64,000 bases of DNA from Balanoglossus misakiensis (lineage: Eukaryota > Animalia > Hemichordata): contig CM082580.2 of the NCBI GenBank assembly GCA_040954595.2, positions 7,480,390-7,544,389 of the forward strand, read 5' to 3'. The position numbers and the translations under genes were made by a program. Shown here piece by piece: positions 39,080 to 54,000 of this stretch. Position 1 is the first letter of the stretch; each line of letters opens with the position of its first letter. A model generated the notes under the pieces. It made no database searches, was not told the DNA's origin, and worked only from the letters and a program-made list of their open reading frames with translations.

Positions 39080-42000
39080 GTAAGTTAAGCGAATGTTGTT
39101 TGTCCGTCATTGTCAACACACTGTGTTTACAGATCGAACATGATCAATGTCTTGTTAAATGCACGCCAGCTGTTGATCAAATTATAGTTTTTATTCGACT
39201 GTTATTAAATCATCTCTGCACGCCATTGTATTTTCCCCATGTAGATATAAATACTTAAGACAGACCAGTGATTATTTTTACCGACAGGCTAGAGTAATTA
39301 GGGACAGAACAGCTTGTGGAGTTTCCATGCCGCCCGTTGTATTGTTTTCCTCGTTTGTAGTACTTTACAATTTGTCGATGCTCTGCCGACAGTTGTCGAC
39401 GGAATTAATGGCCCATTTCAAGTGTCGACGGCAAAACGCCCTACAGACAGATGTGAAATGATGAGGCAAGCGGCATATTTCTGTGTCAGAAGCCGGCGCG
39501 GCCACTTGTTTCCTATCGGAGGGGGCTGTAGAATGCGGACAGTGCGTTATAGTGTTTTTCGCAAACAAAAAGAACCAACTATCTATGATGAGCCTATACA
39601 CACAAAACGCACCACTAAGGTCTACAGCATATTAGGCTGGTTTTAGCATGGGTATAGTGACAACTATGGTATATACATACATACCGACATTCTCTCGTCA
39701 AATTTTCCAAGAGCTTGCCCGCGCAACTGCTATCAGTGTGGTTTTATTCATTGGTCTATTCTCTCTCACGGTAACCGGCTTTTTGATCAGACAAAACGTA
39801 CACTGCGTCGAGTATTGTCAATCAATTCATCGATGTATTTTTCGCTCCATTGCTTCTTATAATGCTAGAGCAAACATCGCGCTGTTTTGAACAAGCGTCT
39901 GCTTTACATCAAAAACGGTCTGCAATTATTGCTTTTTTCGCAATGTTTTTTTCAAAACTGGAGCAATCATTTCCCAACGCGATTTTTATGAACATACATG
40001 TAAGTAAGTAGGCTTATACCGTGACCCTTGGAAGCTTACGGCTACCGTATTACGCAGTCGTGATCGGCTTTCAGAGCTGGTTAACGGGCAAACCTGCATG
40101 GGTACTCTAGTGCAGTGTTGAGTCATGTATCACATTGCATGTTTCAGCTGCTGTCTGTTTTTTGTTGCACTTACACGATGTTCTTTACTACGCGACATAT
40201 GGTGTCTAAATAGGTTACCTGCCAGAGCTTTACAGAAACCCGTCCCCCAAATTGCGAGGGATTATCCGCCCATCAATTTATTTTCCAGTCCAACCTGCTG
40301 TCTGCTGGTGATACGTGTTAAAATATACGTGGCCCGGTATTGATTTATCATATGTAGCAAGAGCTCTGCTGGTACCGATCGATTTCGAAATGTGTATGTT
40401 ATAACAATATTGTTGTGTTTATCCTGCCCGCGTACAATTTAGGTCGAACTAAATGACTGTAAAGCACAATCCGTTTGGAAACTTCTGGCTCGGCAACTGG
40501 TGAAAACTCGGTTTAGCGGTGCACAATGCAGCATAAGCGTCCTTTTGTCCGCGTGTTGTCTGGTCTGCATCGGGGACAGATTTGCGCGCACTGCTTGCAT
40601 GGTCGGTAAACTGAAATGCGATTACGCATTCAACTACTTCCACGCGATATGCCCGTAGCAGTGCATCAGGAAAGAAACCCCTGCCATTTATTATCTGTGA
40701 CAGGAGATCACAACGTGTACGGATTTTCTAAAGTTCGTCATTCCACACACAGCTGCCGGGAAAAAAAATTGATGACAATATTGCGTTTTATTAACCTACC
40801 GATCCTGCGCTCAATACGGGTCCCTACAGTAGATGATAATACTGGTACATTGTACCATCTCTTCAATACATAAGTTTTGCTGAATACAGTATTTTACTTC
40901 GTAGGCATCTGGTTATTTTATGCGTTCCCCCCCCCCTCCTTGGAACAACGAAAAAACAATTTACGCCGCGACTATAACTCTTGCGTCGGTGACGTCATCG
41001 ATTACTGCGCAACTTCGGTTGTCGTAAATTTTGGCCAAGGTAATCGCGACCTTTTGCCTTTTTGGGATTCGCCAGTGCTGTTATCAACCCACGCGTTGCA
41101 CAACGGGGGAATAATCCCAATTTAACATTCGCCCGATGGAAAACAAAACAGCGTGCTCCAGGACGAGAATTCATAGAAACCCGTCGGTTTGATCATGATG
41201 TTCACTGTTTCTCTTGGTGATGGAAAACCCTGAAATGACAGCGAGATCACAGAACATCAACTGTCAGGGGAAGTTCTATAGAGAAAGAATTGAAAAGCTT
41301 GAAAACACACGTGCATACAGGCTTATGCTTGATGTTTGCTAAAACCAGCGGACTTTTCATTTTGTGATCGGCTGTGATTGAGCGATTCCTGTTATTATTC
41401 AAAACAACAGTCAATAGAGAGGCACGGTGGCCGTGATCGGCTATTACAGTTTTTTTCGTCAGAATCAATGGACGCGAATATAGCGCGCGCAGAGAACAAG
41501 GGCAAATTCAATGTTGGATCGAAGTCGAATATAATACGCGCCTGTGACTACCTAGACCGGGCGATCAATTGAGCAAACAAGTTAATGGATAAAAGTGGCG
41601 AAGCATTTAAAATTATCCCATTTTACGTAATAAGACCTATTGTAGGCTGAGCAATGTAATATGTTGTGTTTGCATTGCTTGATTTCCGTGGGCTTTTCTT
41701 TCACTGGTCAACTTCAATTACTTGCCAGCCATAAAATGGTTGCAAGAAATAACCCATCATGATTCTGGTGTATGTCAGAGTACTTAAATTTCCTTTCTCA
41801 CAGAAACTATTAAGGAAAGCGACAAAAATTCAAACAAGTATCACCATAGTCCTATATGTATTTCCAGTTCCACAATGATGTGCGTGCCTCTCATAGACTC
41901 AGTGTAGACGACAGCCTAGTATTACCCTTGAAACGCAGAAGTTCACATTTTTATCGCCGGTACAGGCTTTCCTATTGTCTGACATATGTTGTTGTTAAAA

Positions 42001-45000
42001 AACACAACCCACTCTACGACAAGTATTTATGTTACCTCCCTTTAGAGAAAGTAAGTAGGTTTGCAACGTTTCCCTCGCGTAGAAAAAAAACTCTAATTAA
42101 TCCAAGGAAAATGATTTCCCATGGGTTTGTTGCGTTTTATGACGCCATTTGTGAATGTGTAATCATTCCTGATCTCAGTGTGAATTTAAAGAAGTGTGTC
42201 ACCTAAGTTGGATTTTCGAAAGTCAATAAATAAATAAATAAATTAATTAATTAATAAATAAATAAATTAATTAATTAATATTTTTAGTCAGAGATACAAT
42301 AAAATTTGATGCTGCTGGTGGAATAAACCGCCGACCAGACATTAATTATTAAAACACACACAATAATCATCATGATGAAAACCGCAGCCAGATTTTCTGC
42401 CTGCTATGTTCAGTTATTGAACCGATCGATTCTACTCCCATCATGGGCGACGTTGTTATAACGATTTGGTGTCTACTACAACTGAGAATATATCGTTTGA
42501 TAGCATTGCCGTAGGTATATGCCCGGCATTGAAGCGTTGAAGCGATTTTAATTACATCAAGGAGTATATGAAAAGACGGTTCCAAGACGTGCAGATGTCG
42601 TCATTGTCGACGGCTTAGTGGTACAAGTAGTTCGCAGGCGTGGAGACGTTATTTTGATTATGAGAGATTACAGCTGAAGATGCTTATAGAGAGATCCTCA
42701 TATCAAGCTTCTATCTCGTATGATGGAAACCGCATATTGCGATATTTTGAAAACCACTGATTACGTGATAGTTTCAATGCGCACTGATTTTCCACAACAA
42801 AAGGCAAGCAATAAAATTAAAGATATCATGGAATACACAATTATCCAATATTCATCGCTTTCCCTTGGATACGCGTGTAGTTTCCGGTTCCGATTCTGTT
42901 TCTAGTTGGTGTAGGGGGGGGGGGGGGGTAGTCCCTATGACCGTGTTCAGTATAGTGTGAGCACATTTGAATTTTTGTGTAGGAGGACACTTCGTTTAAT
43001 TATTCCAGCCTGACTATCTGACTGCCTGGTACTAACTGATTGTCTGCGCATGTCACTTCCTTCCGCGAATCATACAGCAACAAACGAGGTAACTGCTGAA
43101 GGACTGCGAGCAACACTAGCATTTTACCGTGAAATATTCTGAAAGGAGATCCGTTCGATCAACCGACGGTGAAAATCCAAGGACACAACTCAAATTAACG
43201 CGACAAAATGTCAACTTTTTGCGGCGAAGTATAGAACCATCAATGCATGATTCACAAATCTTTTTCGTTTAATGTAAATGCTCGGAGGCCGCCTGTAATT
43301 TACCGAGTGATTCCACAAAGGTGCCACGCCTAATTGATCTGTACTCACTTGAACACATGATGTGCTCACAATATTCTACCGCGGTTTCTCGGCAATTATG
43401 ACTGCCCGAGTAAACGCGAACAACGTCCCATCACGAAGCGACTGACGGCACCCGCCGTTTCTATGTGCAAACTTCACTCACTTAATAACAGTGGAGGATA
43501 TCAAACAGTGGTGGATTTCGTCAAAGAGAATTTTCCCTTCGAATTAATTGCTATTGACCCGTGACGACGTAGCCGACAAATATAATTTCTAATCGTCGTG
43601 AACTGAGCAAACGGCGGAGAAAGGGCAAGCACACACCGCGCCGGTGATAACATTTAGTCCCATTGATCTGTCCGTGCCATAGACAATGCATCTAGATCTC
43701 ATTTATTGATCGGAAAACCCGGATACTGTCTCTCAAATGTATCAGTTTTCAGCCTCCTTAATACCCGAATTAAAGCCTATACTTACTGGATCACTTGAGC
43801 TGTTCCTGTAACGTTCTATCGTTTAATTCATTGTGCTTTCGGATCGGCCTAAAGTATACTTATACGTGGGATTACTATCGTGATAGATTTTGAAATTTAA
43901 GAGCGAGAGTCAATTCACGGTGTTATCGTTGCTATTTTAGTCTAATCAAAAAGTGCAGACTATCTTTATACTTGAGAGAACGTACTCAAAGATATACTCT
44001 CACTTTTAATTAACATATACATTTTATTTGGTTAAAATGGCGTTTCAGACTCTTCTAATGACCGCGTGATAGCGCACTTCTTCACATGGCCATCCGAGTT
44101 TAAAATTGTGTTATGCGAAGTTTTTTTTCCGCCGTATGTAAAATACGAAAATTAGATGCTTTGGCGGATTCAGTGTCACGCAATATTCACCCGTTTTTTT
44201 ATATTCAAAACGAGTACGTAATTTGCATAACTTCAACAACTAGCGGCATGAAAGTGTTCCCGTCAACATTTTCAAAGAAAGGATAGGTTTATTATGGTTG
44301 GTCACGTTTTTTCCAAGAACTTCCCAATTCCTGTTAGCGTTAAGTTGGCTAAAATTCACATCACGCGCTTTGCTGGACAAGTAAATGATACGCGCGTGGG
44401 TACGGCTTCGAATAAGAGTACTTTGCAAATTAATCATCATTCGGTGATGAATTGTCAAGAACAATGGAAGACTGCTATCAAGTCGAACATTACTGTGCTT
44501 TCTGTGTAGTGTAATCGCTTGCAAGGATAATTGGGAAGAAATTCTCACTTTGTAGTTAATTTGCAGCTAAAGGCACTGTCTAATGATTCACATCGGCAAA
44601 CCCTTATGATATCATAATATCCATGGCCGGACACATACTCAGACTTAAAGCCGTAATTCATTTATTCAAAGTAATGTCTACATTTTATGCGTATAGCTGG
44701 TAGCGTTCGGATGATGCAAATTAAGACGGTCGCATTCAACAGTTGCAAAGATGACGTAAGCAGCCGATTCGAAAGTCAGCAGACTCAGCGATCCCAATGA
44801 CAATTTCGTTCCGCACGGGTAAAGGGGCGGGGGCAATTAAAGGCTGCCTTTTCTAATTTAAGCACATTCAAATAATTAATGAAACAGTATAGTCATGTAA
44901 TTATATCTGTACCATACCCAGAAGCCGGGTATCCAGGTGTAGCCAAACAGTCGCTTCCTGTCCATTTCGTTCAGTCCTGTTGCAATGTTCAAAAAGTTCA

Positions 45001-48000
45001 AAAATACAACGACCTTCGGTAAAATGACGCAAATGCGCATTTCTGTATGATGCCCTTTTCTTGCAAATGCACAGTGATTCCCGACGGTAAAATGACCTTT
45101 CAAATAGGCAGCCAAAAATACGAGGTTGTTTGCAAGTTGGCATATACGGTGTTGTGTTCTCCTGTATTTATATGCGTTGCCTTTTGTGGATCGGGGGTAG
45201 CTGCGAACGAGCGAAACGAGATTCGATATCTCCCCGGGGGCGGGTTTTCATGTCTCTCGCCCACTAATGAGTTTCGTTACCGCTCTACGCCTGTGCAGAC
45301 GACAAAAAGAGAAAGCACAGTTGCCGCCATGCAGAGAAACGACAGTTCCCGCAGAGAAAAATGCCACGCTCCCACTCTTCCTAGCGCCGTATTCTGGGAT
45401 AGCATTTCAAGGTAATAATCGATTGTTAGCAAAAGGTGCGACGTGGTAACACGATAATGGCTATAGCTCTGAGTAAAAACGAGTGAAGCATATACTGTAG
45501 ATATACTCAGGCTGTCGATTATGTATGTAGCACAAAGACATAAGCTTAGGTACATTGACACCATGCTATATGTTATGATTTTTTCAGCTGTAAATTATGC
45601 GCATGTAATTAGGCAACCCTTTATGCAATGTGTAATATAATAATATACAGCTCTCGGTAAATCATCTTTCTCTAGGGTCTATGGGTAAATATATGATTTT
45701 TCGCTCATTGCGAGTTCTCGCGAGACTCGGTTAATTACCGTAGCAACGGGTTGCTAGCCAAGCAATACACGTCAAGCGTGTGTGAAACTAGAATAGGTTC
45801 AGAGTTTAACAAAAACGTAACTTTTGTGCTAATTGTGTCATATGGGTATGCCGTCCCCCCCCCCCCCATTTAAACTGTCCATCCAAGCGAGATCTCGAAG
45901 GGTCTCGTGGAGTTCGGTCCATTTGGAAGTCAGTATTAAGAACCAAAGTTCTGCACATCTCTGCATACGAATATATACCACGTTAACCTTTCTGGTACAG
46001 TATCTCTCGACTGAGTGTGAAGTAAGTGATTTCTCGCTACCCTTCTTTTTAGCTTCACTGAAACTGGGATCGGCTTTGTTCAAAGTGCCGGTACCACCAA
46101 GTCGACGCGACGCTCTATTCACGCGGCAGACACCACCTTGCGCAGGTGCAGGACGGTGCGCAATAAGGCGTCTTTGTGTAATTAAATTCCGCTATTGCTT
46201 CCCGTTTTTTTGTATTTCACAATTCCGAACCGCTTTTGAAGTCAACCGACCCCCACACCGTCACAGCTATAGTACAGGCGCTTTCGTGGGAGACCCGCCA
46301 TCGCAGCTGTAACATTTCCCCCCCCCCCCCATTCTGAATGTCGTGGGTATGACTCGTTGATGAAAGGCCGGGATTACTCTCTCCCTCCCGAGGCGTCATT
46401 AAAGTGACCCCGCATAAACTGTATTGTTTGGCGTCCATGCTACCTGTCACCTCACCGAGCGTGCATTAGGGAGAGGTCAGCCCATTTTCGGTGCTTAAGC
46501 TCTTACACATGATGCCGTCATTTTAAACAGCGCTGTGCCTTAAAGGGGAAATCCGTCGTAGCTGATTTCTACATAATTTGGTAGCTTTGATGTCACTCTT
46601 TCAGAAAAAAACATATTCGCCATGTATAGGTCGCGCGATTTTTTACAAAATCTAGGGAAAGTTCCAATATGGCGTTTACTGTAATTTGAATCATGGGAAA
46701 AAAAGCGCCAGGACCAACTTCCGCCCACCATGGTGTGGGTGATACCATTCTCCGATAGGTGTCACTGGGCGACAGACTAGGCGTATTTTCATAGCTATTG
46801 TTTGTTCTTTGCATCAGTTGATAAACAATCATCAGCAAAGTCGATAATTTGTCATCTATTGACAGTTTTCATGAGCTATAACCCATGGAAAATATGCAAA
46901 TACGATTAGCTTGTGACGCAGTGACACCAATCGGAAAATGGTATCACCCACACTAAGGTGGGCGGAAGTTGGTCCTGGCGCTTTTTTTCCCATGATTCAA
47001 ATTACAGTAAACGCCATATTGGAAATTCTGCCAACTTTCCCTAGATTTTGTAAAAAATCGCGCGACCTATACATGGCGAATATGTTTTTTTCTGAAAGAG
47101 TGACATCAAAGCTACCAAATTATGTAGAAATCAGCTACGACGGATTTCCCCTTTAAAAGGGGTCCTATCACCGCAAACATTCTTCCGTCGGATTAGGTTG
47201 CCACGATATTGAAAACATTCCTTTTAAAGGGGGAGAATTCTTTGAATAATAAAGCGGCATTTTCATATTCATTATTCATTTCCTTTATCGCAATATGCAT
47301 TTTTCCAGGAAACTAAATCTGATTCAAAAGCCTTTAGAAATTGATAATCAAAAAGCGGATACGAATCGTCGCAGACACACTTTTTAAGTAGTTTGTAGTA
47401 GCATTTGCAATGCGGTATAAACCGGAAACGTTTTAGCGTTTCCCAGTAAGTGCGAAAAAGTGATTTTCAACTTCCGGTCCCATGGTACTTATGAACACCG
47501 TGGCAATGAAACAAATTGTTTGTTTCCCCTATTCTGTTTATGCTGTTTGTTTGGAATATGTCTCCTGTTATAAAGAAGTGTTATATCACCAGAACACATT
47601 TGCAAATGTCAAAGATTGCTACTGCCTGAAATGATTGCTAGGATTATCTGCTATTTCTGCCAGAATTGTTTCGTAATAACGAGACACGTAACACCCCAAG
47701 GAAAATATATTAGTATTAAGATCCTCATCTCAGTAATCCTGAGCTTTAATACCTTAAACCTTATAAGGCCAAAAGGTCCTACATCTCGCCGTCAAGAACT
47801 CTTTATGTGTTCTATCCCGTTGGGCTAATTCTTGAGTAAATTACTATACATTATTCACTACTGCCTGCATGTTCTAGTAATGTTTAGCTCTGAAAAGGGT
47901 TGGAGTCGGCTGTGGAAAGTTAGGGCATGTCTGGTTACAGTGACAGCACACGCTTTTGCTCACCCCGCCCGAGATTAGCCTTTCCAAGCTTTCATTTACA

Positions 48001-51000
48001 TTTTGATGGCTGGCATCGTTACGCACAAACAGTTTTGTAACATCGTTACGCACTCGCAGTTTATGTCGCCCAGGGTTCAGCACTCGAGGCTTTTATGCCA
48101 TTAGCCATATCCTTCTTACACGCTCGATTTATTGAGAATGACACCAACGCTTCAGTCACAGGCGGAGAGAGATACAAGCATTCTTGTGAAGGGCATGACG
48201 CGTAAACGGTGGGCGACTGAAAGCTTCTTTTGTGACAAATTGCGATGAAGAGTCTACTCTGTTCTGTTTGAATCAGTCGAAGGGCGGGAGTCAGAGGCGT
48301 CCTGATTGTGTGAAAACCAGGCATTACAAACCATCATGACAGACAGACAGTCAATCAACAATGCTTCCAATGACAAATATATTTTATCTGCACCCGGGGA
48401 AATAGCTGACGTCTGGGTGATGATTGCGACAATATCCAATCACTGTGAAATACTAAAGGTCACGGGAAAAGAGCAGGAACAGGCCGCTTTCGTGACCCCT
48501 GGGTGACCTTACATCCTGGTCGTCTATTGGTATGACATCATAGATCAAACCACAGACAGCATCGTCGCCATGAAGCTTAACGATTCTTTGATTCTAATGT
48601 TCGTTATGTTGTCTGATTTAGTGTGACATGGCCGAGGGAACAAAGGCGCTGTTTGAAGCAATAGCAGAGGGACCCCCAAAGCTGATGATTCTTGGCGGCA
48701 TATGCTCCAACGTCACCGCACCAATCGCTGAAGCCGTTATATGGTGGAATTTGATCCAGGTAGTGACACTCATGTTATCCGGCCGACGATTGCACAAGCA
48801 TGTTCTATTGTTCTCCTTATTAGAACCGGCTGCGAATTGAATATACTTATAATATGTTTAAGAGAGTTGCAAGTTAGCAAATAATTGACACAAGACTGCT
48901 AATCATATTGCATCCCTAGTATTTGTAGGAACTTTCGTCTCTCAGGTTCATGTTGTTTCGACCTGTATATTCTTCTACACTTTCTGTCTGTGCAAATTTA
49001 GGCTACCTTTAAACTTTAGCTAACACGACAGCAGACTACCTAATAATATGTTTGCTTACTTTAAATTTGCAGCTGTCGTATGCTAACACAGAACCCTTTC
49101 TATCGGAGCGAGAGAAGTACCCCACCTTCTTCCGCACAGTACTCTCCGAAGCCGACTTCAATCCTGCCAAGTTGAAGTTACTGGATTATTTCAACTGGAC
49201 ATACGTTGCCACGATCCACCAAGACACGCCAAGGTTTTCCCTGGTACGTAAGAATTAATTTAACAACACCATGTATTGTTCGACTCGTATTCTTTCTGCG
49301 TACATGGATTTAACTTTATGAATGCATAATTACAGGCTCACAACAAATTATCCAGTGTGTTGGAAAATGTTGGTAAAAAGCACATTTTAGTTGCCAGTTT
49401 TACTCAAGACCCGGCGAAAGCAATACAAGATATTAAGGTAAAGGCGATGTTTTTTTTCTTATTTCTTGCCCTACTCGCAAGGCCTAAATATGTTTGGGGG
49501 TACACACTGACCAACACCGACTACGATGTCTATTTTGTCAAACATTCGTGATCATAGCCACTCTCCCTGAAGCTATTTTTTAAACATTCTTTTTCTTTCC
49601 GCAGGATTCCGGCGCTCGTATCATTCTCGGATACTTTGATGAAGCTATGGCACGCAAAGTATTTTGTCACGTGAGTTATACTAGTGTCTGGCACAATATA
49701 TGCATGGCCCGTGACAGCATTAATGGGGTACTGCATAATATCTATGTATAGAAGTCAGTTTCAAACGAGTTTTTTTGCGCTATTTTTGTCAAAATCAATA
49801 GTTGTAATTGTCTATTTCCAATCACATTTCATGTGAAAGAGGTAATAGACATGGACATCCGCCAATTTCTAGCGATCGTCAAACGAAATTGTCGTGTTAT
49901 TTTTGTCACATTCAATAACTGTAACCTACAACTGCCAATCATATGCCATGTAAACGAGGTCATTTATTTGCCAACGGTGTAGGGCTTGCCGTAGGCTGTA
50001 ATACTCGCTACCTATCTAAAAGTATCAGGCAGTTGTCTTGTGCGTAGTGTGTATGAGTTTTGACACGTGATAACTGTTCAGTGTTAACACTGTTTGACAA
50101 AATGCCTCCCCCGGATGACGGACGCACACTATTGGCCCCCTGACAGGAATTATGGGATATCTACTTTCGTATGCGCAGGCGTATAAGAACAGACTCTTCG
50201 GAAGTAGATATGTCTGGATAATACCCGGATGGTACAACGCCAACTGGTGGCAAAAGTTGGATGCGCAGTCTGAATGCACGGTGCAAGAGATCACCGAAGC
50301 TATCCAGGGTTACCTGGCAACGGATATGCTCTTACTTTCAAGTACTGACGAACCTACCATATCAGGTTTGGTAAGAGAATGTCTGATTTTTTCTCACTGT
50401 AAAAATCTTATTAAAAAATTTCCCAGGTGTACTTGCGTTTTACAGGCACATATTTGAGAACATTATCCCAGACAAAAATCTTTGGTGAATGGAAAATTTC
50501 AAAGAATATTTGAGAAAAGCGCAGCTCGGATATTCTGCGAGCAAATAAAAACCAAACAGATATGGCATTGCTGTAACATTTGAAAATTTTGACGCACCAA
50601 CAATTACCGTTGACTATCCTATTCTTTCGCAGACTCCACGCGAATATCAGATGGCGTACCGAAGGTTAAGCAGGCACAACTACACCGCCTTGCACGGTTA
50701 TGCCTACGACGGTGTCTGGGTTATCGCGTCTGCCATCGACAGAGTTCTGAAACTGGTGGATAATTCTACTTTCCTGACATCAGTGTTCGAGTACGGAAAT
50801 GATTACATATTTGATATGTTTATGGAAGCGATGAACGAAACGGATTTTGTCGGAGTCACAGTAAGTCTGCACACTTTTCCTTTTTTATGATTAATGTTCA
50901 TTTAAATCCAAATCGATGAGATTATTGCGTAAATTTATGATTATGAATGTGCATTGTACCGTTATTTATAGGGGCCGGTAAAATTTAAAGACGGTGACAG

Positions 51001-54000
51001 ACTGGGTACGATTGTGTTCGAACAGCTCCAAGGTAAGAAAATGTTTTGGTGATGTAAATATTTTGACACATTTCTGACTATGCGTTTATCTGAATATCCG
51101 TAGAGGCAAACTACATGTATGTAAATTACGAGTCCTCAATTAGATTTATATTTCGGGCCCGCTGACTTTTAACAACGGTGCCCGAAGCATATCATCAAAA
51201 GGACACAGGTTTTCATTTCGGCGTTCTTGTGTGCGTTTCATTCACCAAATCAACTTATTCCCTGTTCTTTCAGATGGAAAGGAAATCAAAGTCGGCGAAT
51301 ACTACGCTTATAGCGATGATTACGAAATGTCTGACAATATTATATGGGAAGGTACGTTATATACCTTACTCCACTGATCTTGCACGGTGGACTTCACTTT
51401 TGTAATTCATTACATATTGAATACAGCTGCTATCACAGAGATTTGTACCAACGGAAGTACGAGATTCTTACCAACGGAAGTACGAGGCTATGAGGTCATG
51501 TAGAGGTCATGAGAATGGCCTATGAAATTATGTTGATGTGACAATGTCTAACATTATATCTTTAACAGGAGGGTCTGCTCCAGTGGACCAACCGATCATA
51601 CATCTCTATCCAAATGGAGTCTCGTTCGTCCTCTACGTCATCATGGGCACATTTAGCTATCTGGGAATAATGATCGCGCTGATCTTCCTTTTCTTCAACA
51701 TGAGGTTTCGAAAACACAGGTACGTTCGGTGTCACATGTCTGTTCTGTTTGCTGGTTTGTCAGGCTTGGAGTCTGCGCAGAGTTCTAAATTTGCATATAG
51801 TTTATTCACCTTTTGCGACTGTCTTGATTTGAGTCTATAGAAAGCAGTGATGCACAGTCTCCACGACAGTTCACCTTGTCAGATGTGAAATTTTACTGAG
51901 GCTAGGCTTTTGATGAGGAAAGAGGAACTGAAATGCATTTTCCTTCGCCTCTGGATAATATTACATTTACGAAGCCCCTTTGTTGGAAATGTATACTTCA
52001 TTTTTTACAACGTGAACTGTGGCGGCTTCCTGGCATTTCGAATGAACGGAATCGGTATTCTAGCCCGGAGTGAACCAGGTTTACCTTCTCATCCACGTCA
52101 ATTCGCCGGTCTGATAGCGATCGAAAAGAGTATACCATTGTAGGCATTCGTATTGGTTCGTTACACTACCATGTGCCTTTGATTCAGTGTCAGCTAAAAT
52201 CAAATTAAGCACAAAAGACCAAGAACCGATGTCAAGTGTCTCGAAAATGGTAGCATTCCCTACTGTTGATAAACCATGATTTTTTTTCTCTCTCTCTCGG
52301 AAAAGATGATTACTCTCGATTTTGATAGTCTCTGGATAATCCCCATATGTTGCCTTTGATACATTGATGGGAATTATGAGGGATTTGGTGAGGCAAAGCA
52401 AAGATTAATAGTTTTGTACGGCGAGCTCAATCATGTCATTATGCTACGACAGATGGCCGTTTTTGAAGATCTGAGGTGATCTGAATGTGTTCCCGCTTGT
52501 TGTTATGAGTGGTACTGTGTTAATTTGCCTTTGGTTTTACATAACGATTACTGAGCTGCAATATCTCATTCAGGACCAAAACGCGATCATCGTACACATG
52601 CGCCAGCTCATTACATTGTATTCTCACAAAGGCTAGACTAAAATGGTGCCACATCTTGTGTTAGTAGATCGATATTTTCGTATACAAAACGCCGTTACTT
52701 AAATTTTCAGTGTTCTACGTTGTAACACAACCAACATTTATAAGCACCGGGCGGACTAGACAGCAACTCTCCAATTTCGTTTACTTAATACTGTGATGTT
52801 CATCCTTGATGATCTACCGTAATCATGTACAATGCACAGTAAAGCTGTAGGCGACAAGTGTCCAAGTTCGCAACCCTAGCGCTAGCCACGGCGGAAGGCA
52901 AACACGATCAACTCGTACCGTGCTCGGAGACGGACCAATTACGCCAGAGCAAAAAACAATCACGGGACTTCCAACTTTTTGCCGGCGGCGGCTTAAGATG
53001 AACGCGGGGAACTAAATTGTCTTTGTCGCAGGTTACAACACGACCCGTGTACCCTTTTGTACAGAACATCCTTAAGGTGTACGTGTACTTGTTTCACCGC
53101 CGACTGTAATCAAATCAGGCAGCCCAGGAGATCACATCGCGTTTGTGTAATGCGGTCGTGATGATAGCATCTCCATTTTCTTGGAAGACGGTGCCTCGCG
53201 TTAATCTCGTTTCATCTCGCCAAATTTAATTGTGTGTCATAGATATGCTTGGCCAAGGCCTGTTCGCTTATCGACGACCTCTCAGCAAAGTTCAGACTGA
53301 TTACATCGAACAGAACGTCATTAGGCGGAACAGGTAGACTACAGTTCACAAAACCCTGTGGCAGTCTAGAAACTGCACATGTTAGCAATCTCGGTGTTTC
53401 AATCATACCTTTCATCAATAAAAAGGGGGAATTCTCTGTGTCGCAATCTAAATTACTATCGCCCCCGTTTCACACGTATTCAAATTTTCGGAACTGACAG
53501 AATTGCTCTGCAAAACGACAATCAAAAGACCTTCATGAGCGATTTTCATCCGTTTGGGATAGTAAATTCACGTAATGTCCTCCTGGGCCATTACGCGCAG
53601 GTTTAAAATCAACGATCTCTAACGCACTTTGCCTGGTGACTTTATGTGCAGCACCTGACGAAACAACAAATCGAACGGAACGCCTTCTCTGGCGTCCGTC
53701 CGTGGAGGCTTTTGACTGTTTGACGGAGCGTGAGGACGAGAAATCAATAAACATTATTATATATCGCCCCAAACGCAGGCACGCGGAATTGGTTGCACGA
53801 AATGAGGTTTATCCAGCGGTGCAACGCGATACAAGTCACATCTTCTCAAGGGAATCTGGTAATTGCACTGTAAAAAGGCGAACTACCATTAAAGGCTGCC
53901 CCAAATTCTTGATTGGATGGAGGGAGTTGACTATCCCAGCTTTGGCAATTCTCAAAAGTGTTGTATTTCCAAGATTTATATGTTTTAATGAGAAATGGTT

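Noticed and set aside
39314-39646. ORF just after + strand exon 1 with a signal-peptide-like start and HLFP, a possible sixth cassette
   Set aside because: Starts at TTG, lacks FAALFP, AW..KPA.DLAL and the DTK|GT end; similarity is at chance level.
45047-45415. Intronic ORF with a hydrophobic Cys-containing stretch, a possible alternative first exon
   Set aside because: No VFT motif and no DTK-type donor.
46540-47156. Near-identical ORFs on opposite strands suggesting a duplicated gene
   Set aside because: They are the two arms of the palindromic MITE.
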